DNA of 64,000 bases, from contig OZ220749.1 in NCBI GenBank assembly GCA_965117045.1, positions 1,896,105 through 1,960,104 of the forward strand, in the 5' to 3' direction. Shown one piece after another: positions 1 through 8,895 of this stretch. Source of the DNA: a bacterium. Its GTDB lineage: Bacteria; JAAXHH01. The notes beneath the pieces were generated by a model. That model was not told the origin of the DNA, made no database searches, and worked only from the letters and a program-made list of their open reading frames with translations. Position 1 is the stretch's first letter. Every line of letters begins with the position of its first letter. Made by a program: the position numbers and the translations under genes.

Positions 1-743
1 CAAGTGCTTCGAACGAAAGCGTTCGTGCCGAAGGAGAATGGTTTCTCCAGAATTCGGTAACCGCAAAGGTGAATACACCAGACCCAAGAGATGGTTTGCG
101 GCCACGAACGAACCTTAGACCATGTTGGTCTTCACGAGACCTGATTAAACCGAGTTCTGTGAGTGGTGATTCCAGACTATCCTCGTGGCTGGCATTGCCT
201 TTCGGTCCGTGGGCAACATAGGTTCGTACAAAACACGCTACGTCGTTCTTGATCGTAGCCTGCGAAGCCCTGGACCATCCACGGTCATTGGCGAGCGCTG
301 AGATGTTTCTTACAAAAATGTCGCGATGAAAGGTAAGTGCAGGATAGTAGTTGAACGCCCAATACCAGGATGTCTTAGCCGGATGACTGCATAGTTTCCA
401 GTGAATCAACCAAGATGTATTTGGGTTTTCCATATAGGGGTCTAAGCCATCAGTGTCATCGAACAATACGTTCCCGAATGATGTAGTGATCGGCTGACCT
501 GATTTTTCTTCAATTATACTCGCAGCATTCGCCCAATGCCGCATTGAGGCGACCATGTTTTTTCCAACACCGAATCGAGCGATAGCGTCATCTGCCGAAA
601 ACACCGATACATCGTCTCCGGTGCTCTCGGCAAATTTAACGGCGTCGTAGGCTTTCTTGAGCCAGCCGTACCGTAGCGGGAACGTTTCGTGCCCGGAAAG
701 TTGTGGTCTATAAGTGTCATCGTAGAGCGGGCCTCTGTTCATT
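1..743 (-). CDS. DUF4007-family protein (SspB-like; family linked to DNA phosphorothioation modules). About 247 N-terminal codons are present; the C-terminus lies left of the window.
   Basis: My own minus-strand translation from the ATG at 743-741 reads MNRGPLYDDTYRPQLSGHETFPLRYGWLKKAYDAVKFAES...ARFGVGKNMVASMRHWANAASIIEE...NTSWLIHWKLCSHPAKTSWYWAFNYY... It stays open to position 1 with no stop, so it is missing from the supplied ORF track. The GHETFPLRYGWLKK and GVGKNMV motifs match my memory of the DUF4007 (PF13182) consensus. Confidence 0.6.
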
Positions 744-823
744 TGTATCTTTCAAAAGAGAGAATTCGATCTGGCCTACCACACAACCTTTAGGGACCGA
801 ATTCGTGAGCGGAATGTCGCGAA

Positions 824-852
824 TTGACAATACATATGTGTTGTAGTATAGT
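824..852 (+). promoter_or_regulatory. Near-consensus sigma-70 promoter upstream of the cysteine desulfurase
   Basis: TTGACA (824-829), 17-nt spacer, TATAGT (847-852). About 100 nt upstream of the ATG at 957, in the AT-rich divergent intergenic region. Confidence 0.6.
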
Positions 853-956
853 AGGTATTATACACTGTCGATTTACTTGGACAATCTAATTCCGAATCGA
901 ATCTCCATAAAGTGAAGTTTTGTCGGTTTGTTGCTGAATCATCGTAGTAATCTGGC

Positions 957-2129
957 ATGCAAAACTCAGACACCATATACACAGACTACCAGGCAACCAC
1001 CCCGGTAGACCCACGGGTCTTGGAACGGATGGCCCCTTTTTGGGGGGAATCCTTTGGAAACCCCCACTCAAGTGACCATGCCGTCGGTTGGCACGCGGAG
1101 AGTGCAGTCCGAGAAGCGGCCGGGACCATTGCGACAATGATTGGTTCCGATGACGACGAAATCACCTTTACCTCAGGTGCGACGGAAGCGAACAACCTGG
1201 CACTCCTGGGATTGGCACGCCACACTACCGGTACGCGTCGACGAATCCTAGTCAGTGAGATAGAGCACAAGTGTGTTTTAGGTGCCGCCAGAGAACTGTC
1301 CACGAATGAGGGTATTATTGTTGAGACCATTTCGGTCGACAGTGATGGATATCTCGACCTCTCTGAATTGAAGGCACGCATCGCAGAAGATGTTCTTCTT
1401 GTTTCTGTGATGGCAGTCAATAATGAAGTGGGGACAATACAGGACATTCAGTCAATCTCCGAAATAGTCAAATCGTACGGTGCTCTTTTTCACTGCGATG
1501 CCGCACAGGCGCCCTGTGCCATGAACTTAGAGGACCTATCCAACTTCGCTGATCTCATCAGCCTCTCCAGTCATAAGATGTACGGACCTCAAGGTATTGG
1601 GGCTCTCTTTATTCGTCGTGGCGTACATGATCGCATTGAACCCTTGTTTTATGGCGGAGGGCAACAAGATGGCCTGCGATCCGGAACAGTTCCATTACCT
1701 CTTTGTGTCGGCATGGCTGCGGCATCAGAGATTATCGTCGCCGATGGAGAGGAAGAACGAATTCGGATTGCTTGCCAACGGGATCTATTCATCGCACTGC
1801 TGAAAGAAGCTGATCTTCACATTGAGATTAACGGGCCTGTGACCGGCCACCGACATCCAGGCAACGCCAACATTCGCTTTGATGGATTCGACGCCCGTGA
1901 CATCATTGCCTCATTACAGCCCAAACTGGCCGCGTCTACTGGCGCTGCCTGTTCTTCGGGGATTCCCGAACCGTCCCATGTACTTCGAGCTCTCGGCTTG
2001 ACCGCTGAACAAAGCGACGCCTCCATCAGGTTTAGTTTCGGACGTTTCACAACCGATTACGAAATAGAGAAGGCTACTGAAATGGTCGGAAATGCCCTTA
2101 CGAATCTTGCAATTGTCCACGCTTCCTAA
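957..2129 (+). CDS. Cysteine desulfurase, class V aminotransferase (NifS/IscS/DndA/SspA-like)
   Basis: 390 aa. PLP-lysine motif SSHKMYGPQG and active-site Cys loop STGAACSSG. N-terminus YTDYQATTPVDPRV is typical of IscS/NifS. Codon usage and GC are clearly lower than the rest of the window. Confidence 0.9.
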   Translation: MQNSDTIYTDYQATTPVDPRVLERMAPFWGESFGNPHSSDHAVGWHAESAVREAAGTIATMIGSDDDEITFTSGATEANNLALLGLARHTTGTRRRILVSEIEHKCVLGAARELSTNEGIIVETISVDSDGYLDLSELKARIAEDVLLVSVMAVNNEVGTIQDIQSISEIVKSYGALFHCDAAQAPCAMNLEDLSNFADLISLSSHKMYGPQGIGALFIRRGVHDRIEPLFYGGGQQDGLRSGTVPLPLCVGMAAASEIIVADGEEERIRIACQRDLFIALLKEADLHIEINGPVTGHRHPGNANIRFDGFDARDIIASLQPKLAASTGAACSSGIPEPSHVLRALGLTAEQSDASIRFSFGRFTTDYEIEKATEMVGNALTNLAIVHAS

Positions 2130-2149
2130 CTTCGAAGTAGCCGAAGCCC

Positions 2150-2857
2150 TCACTTCCCAAACGCATACCGGAACGTCACCCACAGGATCTTCACACCCGC
2201 CCGGACCGCGCCGGACAGCGTGCCCGTAATCTTCGAAATCCCGACCCGGCGCCGGTAACTGACCGGCACGTCGAGCGTCCGGTATCCCTGCTGCGCCGCC
2301 TTGATCTGCATCTCGACCGTCCAGCCGAAGTCCTTGTCCGCCATTTCCAGCGCGAGCAGCCGGTCGTAGCGTATGGCCCGGAAGGGTCCCAGGTCGGTGT
2401 ATCGATGGCCGTAGAGCCACCGGATGATCCGCGGTACGAGGACGTTCCCGATGACGGCCTGGACCGGCATGGAGCCCGGCGCGCGGCGGCCCAGCATCCG
2501 CGAGCCGATCACCAGGTCGCACCCGTCCTCCACGATCGGCCGCACCAGGTCCGCCATCTCTTCCGGGTAGTCGCTGAAGTCGCCGTCCAGGAACACGATG
2601 ATGTCCGGATCGAACCGGGCGGCCTCGGCTATGCCCCGCAGGCAGGCCGCCCCGTACCCGCGCCGGGGCTCCCGCACGACGACCGCGCCGCCCTCCGCGG
2701 CCACGGCTGCCGTCCAGTCCGTCGACCCGTTGTCCACCACGATGACGGCCGCGGCCATCCCCGCCGGGATATGCGCCAGGACCGGCCCGATCGAATCCTC
2801 TTCGTTCAGGACCGGAATGATGACCACGATGTTCCGACCGTCCGCCGACCGCGCCAT
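2150..2857 (-). CDS. Glycosyltransferase family 2
   Basis: 235 aa. VVIIPVLNEEDSIGPVL...VVDNGSTD...FLDGDFSD (DxD) is the characteristic GT-A/GT2 fold signature. High GC3. Confidence 0.85.
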   Translation of the reverse strand: MARSADGRNIVVIIPVLNEEDSIGPVLAHIPAGMAAAVIVVDNGSTDWTAAVAAEGGAVVVREPRRGYGAACLRGIAEAARFDPDIIVFLDGDFSDYPEEMADLVRPIVEDGCDLVIGSRMLGRRAPGSMPVQAVIGNVLVPRIIRWLYGHRYTDLGPFRAIRYDRLLALEMADKDFGWTVEMQIKAAQQGYRTLDVPVSYRRRVGISKITGTLSGAVRAGVKILWVTFRYAFGK

Positions 2858-2941
2858 ATCTGGCCCCGCAAAATCCCTTTCGATCCGTGTTTATCGTGGT
2901 TTCCGGCGGTTCCCGCCCGCCGTACATAGTGTATAATTCGC

Positions 2942-2969
2942 TTGACAAGCCCCCTACATATACTAATAT
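2942..2969 (+). promoter_or_regulatory. Putative sigma-70 promoter for smc
   Basis: TTGACA (2942-2947), 16-nt spacer, TAATAT (2964-2969), in an AT-rich patch between the divergent GT2 and smc genes. Confidence 0.5.
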
Positions 2970-3062
2970 ATCCCCTTAACAGTCTCCTGAAACCCATTTT
3001 CAACCCGATCTGACTTTACCGTATTTCAAAAAGGCCGATTTCGCCATCAGGATCCGTGTCCG

Positions 3063-6000
3063 ATGCGTCTGTCCCATCTTGAAATGATCGGTTTCAAGTC
3101 ATTCTCCACCCGGCTGAAGGTGAAGTTCAGCGACGGCATTACGGCCGTGGTCGGTCCGAACGGCTGCGGCAAGTCCAATATCGTCGACGCCATTCGCTGG
3201 GCGCTGGGGGAGCACCGCGCGACTTCGCTGCGGGGCGACCGGATGGAAGACATCATCTTCAACGGCACGGCCGCCCGCAAGCCCCTCGGCATGGCCGAGG
3301 TGTCGCTGACGATCGACAACAGCGAGCAGATGCTGCCCGTCGAATACAGCGAAGTCACCATCACGCGCCGCTATTTCCGCTCGGGCGCGAGCGAGTACCA
3401 GATCAACAAGGTGCCCTGCCGCCTCAAGGACATCACCAACCTCCTGCTGGACACGGGCATGGGCGCCCACGCCTACTCCATCATCGAGCAGGGCATGGTG
3501 GAATCGGTGGTGAACGGCAGCCCGCTGGAACGGCGCCAACTCATCGAGGAAGCCGCCGGCATCAACAAGTACAAGACGCGGCGGCGCCTGGCGCAGCGCA
3601 AGCTCGAAGGCACCGAGCACGACCTGGTCCGCATCGCCGATCTCCTGGACGAGGTCGAGCGCAGCGTGAGCACGCTGCGGCGTCAGGTGCGCAAGTACGA
3701 GCGGTACGAACGGCTGATGCAGCAGATGAAGGACGTGGAGATCGTGGTCGCCTGTCACGCGTTCCAGGACCTGCGGAGGAAGACCGAGCCCGTCCGCGAA
3801 CGGATCCGGCAATTCGCCGAGCGGAGGGAAGCCATTCAGACCCGCATACGGACCGCCGAGGCGGAGGTCGAGAAGAGCAAGGCCGTCCAGCTGGAAAAGG
3901 AAGAAAAACTCCAGCAGCGCCAGGACGCCGTCAACCAGATCGACGACCAGATCAGGGCGCTGGAAGAGGAACTCCTGGTGAGCAAGGAGCGCCGTACCGG
4001 CCTGGAGCAGCGGGCCACTTCCGCGTCGGGGGAAGCCGAGCAGGCGGAGGCCGAACTGGAAGGCATCCGGTCCCAGCTTGCCCGGATCGGGGACGACCGG
4101 AGGACGCTGGAGACGGCGCTGGAGCAGGCGCGCGCCACCTTCGCGGAGCGGGACGAGGCGTCCCGGACCTATGCCGGCCGGATCGCCGCGCAGAAGGAAG
4201 CCACCCAGGCGCTGCGGGACCGCAGCATGGCGGTGATTCAGCAGCACTCGAGCGAGCTGGCGGAGATCAGTTCACTCGAAGCCCGCGAAGCGTCCCTTCG
4301 CGGCAGAAGCGCCGAGGTGGAGACCGCCCGGAAGAAACTCGGCGAAGAACTGGTATCGAAAAAAGCGGCCGTCGAGGCCGTGCAGAAGGAGCTGCGCGCC
4401 GTCCGGGGCGTGGTTGAAGAAAACGCCTCGCTGCATGCGAACCTGACGGAGTCCGTCCAGGATGCGCAGCAATGCATCGCGTCGGCCCGGGACGAGTTGA
4501 ACGGCCTGGAATCGACGATTACCACGGCGGAAAAGGAATGGACGCTCCTCGATCGCATGCACCGGCAGTACGAAGGATACGGCCAGGGCGTCCGGACGCT
4601 GCTCACCAACGGCGCGGACGTCGATGGGCTGCGCGGCGTGCTGGCGGACGGGATCACGATCGACAAGGCCTACGAAACGGTGATCGCGGCCTACCTGGAC
4701 GACATGCTGCAGTACGTCGTGGCCGGCCGCACGGAGGATGCCGAGGCGGGCATGGCCTACCTCCGGGAACAGGAGGCCGGACGGGCATCCTTCATCCTCC
4801 TGGACCGGATGAAGTCCCGACCCGCGCCCGCGGACCTGCCCTTCGAGGACGACGGCATCATCGGCCGCGCGAGTACCATGGTCACGGCCGACAAGACGCT
4901 GGATCCGGCGGTGACCCACCTGCTCTCCAGGGTCGTGCTCGTGAAGGACGTGGAAACGGCCCTGCGGCTGTCCCCGTTGTTCGACACCGACCAGGACTGG
5001 AAACTGCTGACGGCAGGCGGCGTGGTCGTGGACCCGGCCGGCGTGCTCACGGGCGGTTCGTCCGGTCCGTCCAAGGCGGGCGAGTCGGACCTCCTGCGCC
5101 GCGCGGAGCGGATCGCCGAGATCGAAGGGGAACTGGAGGAAGGCCGTGCACAGCGGGATAAAGTCGCCGGCGAACTGGAAGGCCTCGAGACGGAACTGGC
5201 CGCGCTGGCGGAACGGCAGGCTTCCGTCGAACAGGTCCTCGGCGAGTCCCGGCGCAAGTTGATGGAAACGGAGTCCCGGGAACGTCAGCTGGATTTCGAG
5301 CGGACCCGGATGGCGGAACAGGACGAAGAACTCGCGCGGGAGGCAGAGTCTCTGGCCGAGGGCGCGAAGGCTGCGGCCGGGGACCGCGAGAAACGCAAGA
5401 AAGCGATGGAGTCCCTGGCCGGCGACCGGGTGTCGGCCGAGGAAGAAGAGCGGACCAACCAGCAGACCCTGGACGAGATGGAGGAGGAGCGCCAGCATCT
5501 GGCCGAAGCGGCCAACGAAGCCCGGGTCGCCCTCGTGTCCATGGAAAGCCGGAGCAACGAGCTGAGCACCACCGATGAATTTCTCACCCAGGAGAACGAG
5601 CGCCTGGCCAATCTCCTGTCGCAGCGTAAGACCGAAGCGGTGGAGGCCGGCAGCCAGTCAAAGGAACTGGAGAAGGCCCAGCGGCAGAACGAAAAGCAGC
5701 TGGAGACGCACTACACGACCCGGCGGGAGCGCGCGGTGGACCGCGACGCCGTCCTCGAAGAGCACCAGAACCTGCAGGAAGCCGAACGCCAGTTGCAGCA
5801 GCACCTCGGCGAAAACCGGAACGAACTGACCCAGGTGCAGGAACAGGTCCACCAGGCGGAACTGGAAGACGCCGAACTGTACATGAAGAGCAACGAGATC
5901 CGGCGGCAGTTGATGGACCGGCACGACACCGATCCCGAGGGCATGGACGAGCTGCCTCAGATCGAGGAACTGGACGAATACTCGCCCGACGCCGCCCAGA

Positions 6001-6728
6001 CCCTGCGGGATGGCATCCAGCGCAAGGTGGACGACCTGGGTCCTATCAACATGGCGGCGGTGGAAGAGTACCGGGCGGGCAAGGAACGGCTGGACTTTCT
6101 CCAGCAGCAGCAGAACGACCTCATCGAGGCCAAGGACAACCTGGAGAAGACCATCATCAAGATGAACAAGGCCGCCCGGTCCCGCTTCATGACCACCTTC
6201 GAAGAGGTCCGGACCAACTTCATGACCACGTTCCAGACGCTGTTCGAAGGCGGCGAGGCCGACCTCATGCTCGAAGAAGGGGATCCCCTCGAAACGGGCA
6301 TCGAGATCATGGCGCGGCCGGGAGGAAAGCGGCTGCAGAGCCTGGCCCTGCTGTCCGGCGGCGAGACGGCCCTCACGGCCATCGCCCTGCTCTTCGCCAT
6401 CTACCTCGTGAAGCCCAGCCCCTTCTGCGTGTTCGACGAGGTGGACGCGCCGCTGGACGATGCCAACGTCCGCCGCTTCGCCAGCGCCCTGCGCCAGTTT
6501 ACAAGCGACACCCAGTTCCTGGTGGTCACCCATAACAAGCGGACCATGGAAGCCGCCGATTACCTCTACGGCATTACCATGGAAGAACCCGGCCTGTCCA
6601 AGATGGTTTCCGTGCGCCTCGAGGATGCCGAATCGGAGGCGCTGGAACCCGCGGCCGCTCCGGGCGAAGAGGCCAACGGCGCCGCTCCGGGCGAAGAGGC
6701 CAACGGCGCCGGACCGGTCGGGGTATAG
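3063..6728 (+). CDS. smc: Chromosome segregation protein SMC
   Basis: 1221 aa. N-terminal Walker A GPNGCGKSN, long coiled coils with a central hinge, C-terminal signature LLSGGETAL and Walker B FCVFDEVDAPLD. Confidence 0.97.
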   Translation: MRLSHLEMIGFKSFSTRLKVKFSDGITAVVGPNGCGKSNIVDAIRWALGEHRATSLRGDRMEDIIFNGTAARKPLGMAEVSLTIDNSEQMLPVEYSEVTITRRYFRSGASEYQINKVPCRLKDITNLLLDTGMGAHAYSIIEQGMVESVVNGSPLERRQLIEEAAGINKYKTRRRLAQRKLEGTEHDLVRIADLLDEVERSVSTLRRQVRKYERYERLMQQMKDVEIVVACHAFQDLRRKTEPVRERIRQFAERREAIQTRIRTAEAEVEKSKAVQLEKEEKLQQRQDAVNQIDDQIRALEEELLVSKERRTGLEQRATSASGEAEQAEAELEGIRSQLARIGDDRRTLETALEQARATFAERDEASRTYAGRIAAQKEATQALRDRSMAVIQQHSSELAEISSLEAREASLRGRSAEVETARKKLGEELVSKKAAVEAVQKELRAVRGVVEENASLHANLTESVQDAQQCIASARDELNGLESTITTAEKEWTLLDRMHRQYEGYGQGVRTLLTNGADVDGLRGVLADGITIDKAYETVIAAYLDDMLQYVVAGRTEDAEAGMAYLREQEAGRASFILLDRMKSRPAPADLPFEDDGIIGRASTMVTADKTLDPAVTHLLSRVVLVKDVETALRLSPLFDTDQDWKLLTAGGVVVDPAGVLTGGSSGPSKAGESDLLRRAERIAEIEGELEEGRAQRDKVAGELEGLETELAALAERQASVEQVLGESRRKLMETESRERQLDFERTRMAEQDEELAREAESLAEGAKAAAGDREKRKKAMESLAGDRVSAEEEERTNQQTLDEMEEERQHLAEAANEARVALVSMESRSNELSTTDEFLTQENERLANLLSQRKTEAVEAGSQSKELEKAQRQNEKQLETHYTTRRERAVDRDAVLEEHQNLQEAERQLQQHLGENRNELTQVQEQVHQAELEDAELYMKSNEIRRQLMDRHDTDPEGMDELPQIEELDEYSPDAAQTLRDGIQRKVDDLGPINMAAVEEYRAGKERLDFLQQQQNDLIEAKDNLEKTIIKMNKAARSRFMTTFEEVRTNFMTTFQTLFEGGEADLMLEEGDPLETGIEIMARPGGKRLQSLALLSGGETALTAIALLFAIYLVKPSPFCVFDEVDAPLDDANVRRFASALRQFTSDTQFLVVTHNKRTMEAADYLYGITMEEPGLSKMVSVRLEDAESEALEPAAAPGEEANGAAPGEEANGAGPVGV
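6654..6707. repeat. Perfect 27-bp x2 in-frame tandem duplication in the smc 3' tail
   Basis: gccgctccgggcgaagaggccaacggc occurs twice in tandem. It encodes AAPGEEANG AAPGEEANG just before the stop. Confidence 0.9.
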
Positions 6729-6735
6729 GTGAGAC

Positions 6736-7326
6736 TTGATCGTCATCGGAGTAGCCGGCGGCATCGCCTCGGGTAAGTCCACGGCAGCCCGGGTATTCGA
6801 GCGGCTCGGCGCCCGTGTACTGGACGCCGATGCCATCGGTCACGACCTGCTGCGGACCGAGGGGATGCGCGATGACATCCGGTCGGCCTTCGGCGAGACC
6901 GTCCTGACGGCCGAAGGGGACGTAGACCGTCGGGCGCTCGGCCGCCTGGTTTTCGGCGACGAGCAGGCCCGGCAGCGGCTGAACCGCCTGGTCAGACCCG
7001 CCATACGCGCGGAAATACGCCGCCGGATCGCCGGGATGCGCGGCGAAGGCTACGACGGGGTCGTCGTGGTAGACGCCCCGTTGCTGGTCGACACCGGACC
7101 CACCGACCTGGCCGACCGGGTCATCCTGGTCACCGCGCCCGCCTCCACCCGTAAAGAACGGATCATCCATCGCGGCCTCACCGGGGGCGAGGCCGAACAG
7201 CGTATCGCCGCCCAGGTGCCCGACGCGAAACAGGCCCGCTGGGCGGATTTTATTCTGGAAAACAACGGTACGCAGGACGAACTGGCCGAAAAAGCCGAAG
7301 CCCTCTGGAAACGCATCGTTCCCTGA
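6736..7326 (+). CDS. coaE: Dephospho-CoA kinase
   Basis: 196 aa. TTG start preceded by GGTGA. N-terminus MIVIGVAGGIASGKST (P-loop) is typical of CoaE. Confidence 0.9.
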   Translation: MIVIGVAGGIASGKSTAARVFERLGARVLDADAIGHDLLRTEGMRDDIRSAFGETVLTAEGDVDRRALGRLVFGDEQARQRLNRLVRPAIRAEIRRRIAGMRGEGYDGVVVVDAPLLVDTGPTDLADRVILVTAPASTRKERIIHRGLTGGEAEQRIAAQVPDAKQARWADFILENNGTQDELAEKAEALWKRIVP

Positions 7327-7417
7327 AACCGGGCCGTCTGGCCGCACCGCGCCAGCCGATCCGACCGGGCCGCCCATCCCTCGCGTGCGGCGCGCATTTC
7401 CTAACGTACAGCCCGCA

Positions 7418-8008
7418 TTACCTGTAAAGACCGCGTTCTTCGATGTAACCCGCCACTTCCTCCGGAACCAGGTGGGCTATGGGAAGCCCCGCGCCGGCGC
7501 GGCGGCGGATGTCCGTGGAAGAGATGTCGATCTCGGGAAGCTGGAGGGTGACGACGCGGTCCAGCCACCTCGGATCCAGCTCGGCGAGGTCTTTGCCGGG
7601 GCGAGGGACCGTCACGACCGTCGCGAGTTCGAATACCCGGTCCGGCGCATGCCAGGTGTCGATTTCGAGCAGGCTGTCGGCCCCGATGACGAGGTGGAAC
7701 GCACACGCCTCGCCGTATATCCGTCGCAAAGCCTCCAGCGTGTCCACGGTGTAGGACAGGCCGGGCCGGTTGATCTCAGCGTCCGACACCTCGAACCGGG
7801 GATCGTCCCGCGCGGCCAGCTGCGCCATGCGGTACCGGTCATCCGGCGGGGCGACGGCGTGTCCCCGCTTGTGCGGGGGGCGGGCGGACGGGACGAACAG
7901 GAGCCGGTCTAGGGCACAGTGTTCGACCACGCCCCGGGCCATGGCCAGGTGGCCGGCGTGTATCGGGTCGAACGTGCCCCCGTAGACGCCAAGCCGTTGG
8001 ATGTTCAC
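7418..8008 (-). CDS. nadD: Nicotinate-nucleotide adenylyltransferase
   Basis: C-terminal 196 aa of the 467-aa track ORF: LGVYGGTFDPIHAGHL...SSTDIRRR. A GTG start at 8008 overlaps the bamD stop. The upstream part of the long ORF is out-of-frame overlap with bamD. Confidence 0.88.
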   Translation of the reverse strand: MNIQRLGVYGGTFDPIHAGHLAMARGVVEHCALDRLLFVPSARPPHKRGHAVAPPDDRYRMAQLAARDDPRFEVSDAEINRPGLSYTVDTLEALRRIYGEACAFHLVIGADSLLEIDTWHAPDRVFELATVVTVPRPGKDLAELDPRWLDRVVTLQLPEIDISSTDIRRRAGAGLPIAHLVPEEVAGYIEERGLYR

Positions 8009-8895
8009 GGTGAGTTGCCGCTCTCGGATTCGGCCGGTGAGGATCCGTCCGTGGAAGCCGGGTCGTCCGTGGAGGGCGGGCCGTCCGTGGAAGCTGGGCC
8101 GTCCTCGGCCAGGGAAGGCGCTACATAACTGCTTTTCAGCTCGGAGAGACGCTTTCCGGCCTCCTCCGACCGTTCGTTTTCGGGATAACTCTGGATGAAG
8201 ATCTCGAACTGCTCGATGGCTTCCCGGTATTTCCCTTCCCTCGCGTAGCTTTCGGCGATTTCGTATTGCGCCCGGGAAGCCCAGTTGCTCATGGGGTAGG
8301 TTTCCAGCAGTTCTCCGAAATAGAGACGGGCCGCTTCCCAGTCCTTCAGCTTGTAGTAGAGGTTGCCGATCCGGTAGTCTTTCTCGGCCACCTTGTCGAA
8401 ACACTGCTGCAGCAGATCGTGGACTTCCGAACTCCATTCGCTGTCTGGGTACTCCTGGAGGAAGAACTGGAGTTCGCGGATGGCTTCGAAGGTCTTGTCC
8501 TGCGTGAGATGGGGCGGATTGGACTGGAGGAACGTGGCATAGGCCAGCTTGTATTGGCTTTCGTCGCTGTACGGGCTCTGGGGAAAGTCGCTGATCAGCC
8601 GGCGGAACACGAGCGTGGCCAGGGGGTATTCCTTCAGGTTGATGTGCATTTCCCCCTGGTGGTACAGGGCGTCGTCCACGATGTCGCTGCCGGAATGGCC
8701 GAGGGTGATGGCCCGGAAAGCGTCCAGGGCATTCAGCCAGTCTTCCTGTTCCACGCGCTCCATGGCGTAGTCGTAGAGTTCCTCCGCGGTCCAGTCGGAC
8801 TCGAAATCGGGCGGGCTGCACGCCGGAAGCACGAGCAGGGCGAGCAACAACCCCGTGACGGGGATCCTGTAGCGACGTAAGGGCGGGATGATCAT
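8005..8895 (-). CDS. bamD: Outer membrane protein assembly factor BamD (YfiO-like TPR lipoprotein)
   Basis: 296 aa. Signal peptide with lipobox LLVLPAC, TPR-like repeats (YYKLKDWEAARLYF, AQYEIAESY). 4-nt overlap with the rimO stop. Confidence 0.8.
   Translation of the reverse strand: MIIPPLRRYRIPVTGLLLALLVLPACSPPDFESDWTAEELYDYAMERVEQEDWLNALDAFRAITLGHSGSDIVDDALYHQGEMHINLKEYPLATLVFRRLISDFPQSPYSDESQYKLAYATFLQSNPPHLTQDKTFEAIRELQFFLQEYPDSEWSSEVHDLLQQCFDKVAEKDYRIGNLYYKLKDWEAARLYFGELLETYPMSNWASRAQYEIAESYAREGKYREAIEQFEIFIQSYPENERSEEAGKRLSELKSSYVAPSLAEDGPASTDGPPSTDDPASTDGSSPAESESGNSP
8045..8108. repeat. Imperfect 18-bp x3.5 tandem repeat in the bamD 3' tail
   Basis: ccgtccgtggaagccggg / tcgtccgtggagggcggg / ccgtccgtggaagctggg / ccgtcctcgg. 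It encodes the DGPASTDGPPSTDDPASTDGSS tail. Confidence 0.85.

Noticed and set aside
514-1137. Track ORFs 514-720, 776-982 and 886-1137 on the minus strand.
   Set aside because: 514-720 is an alternative frame inside the DUF4007 gene. The other two cross the AT-rich divergent promoter region or the start of the desulfurase, and they have no recognisable features.
1914-2948. Long ORFs antisense or out of frame to recognised genes. Examples: 1914-2948, 3099-4247, 4272-5498, 5658-6836, 11225-12961, 18279-19241, 23183-24436, 27667-29340, 29774-31675, 34675-36012, 35765-37936, 42698-44101, 47130-48197, 48231-49514, 57897-59354, 59272-61230, 62314-63957.
   Set aside because: These are typical GC-rich shadow ORFs. 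Their translations are Arg/Gly/Pro/Ala-rich low-complexity strings with no motifs. Each lies opposite or overlapping a gene with clear family signatures and the expected third-position GC bias.
7418-8821. 467-aa ORF read as one protein.
   Set aside because: Only the last roughly 196 aa (nadD) look like a real protein. The N-terminal part is an out-of-frame overlap with bamD, which has a signal peptide, a lipobox and TPR repeats.
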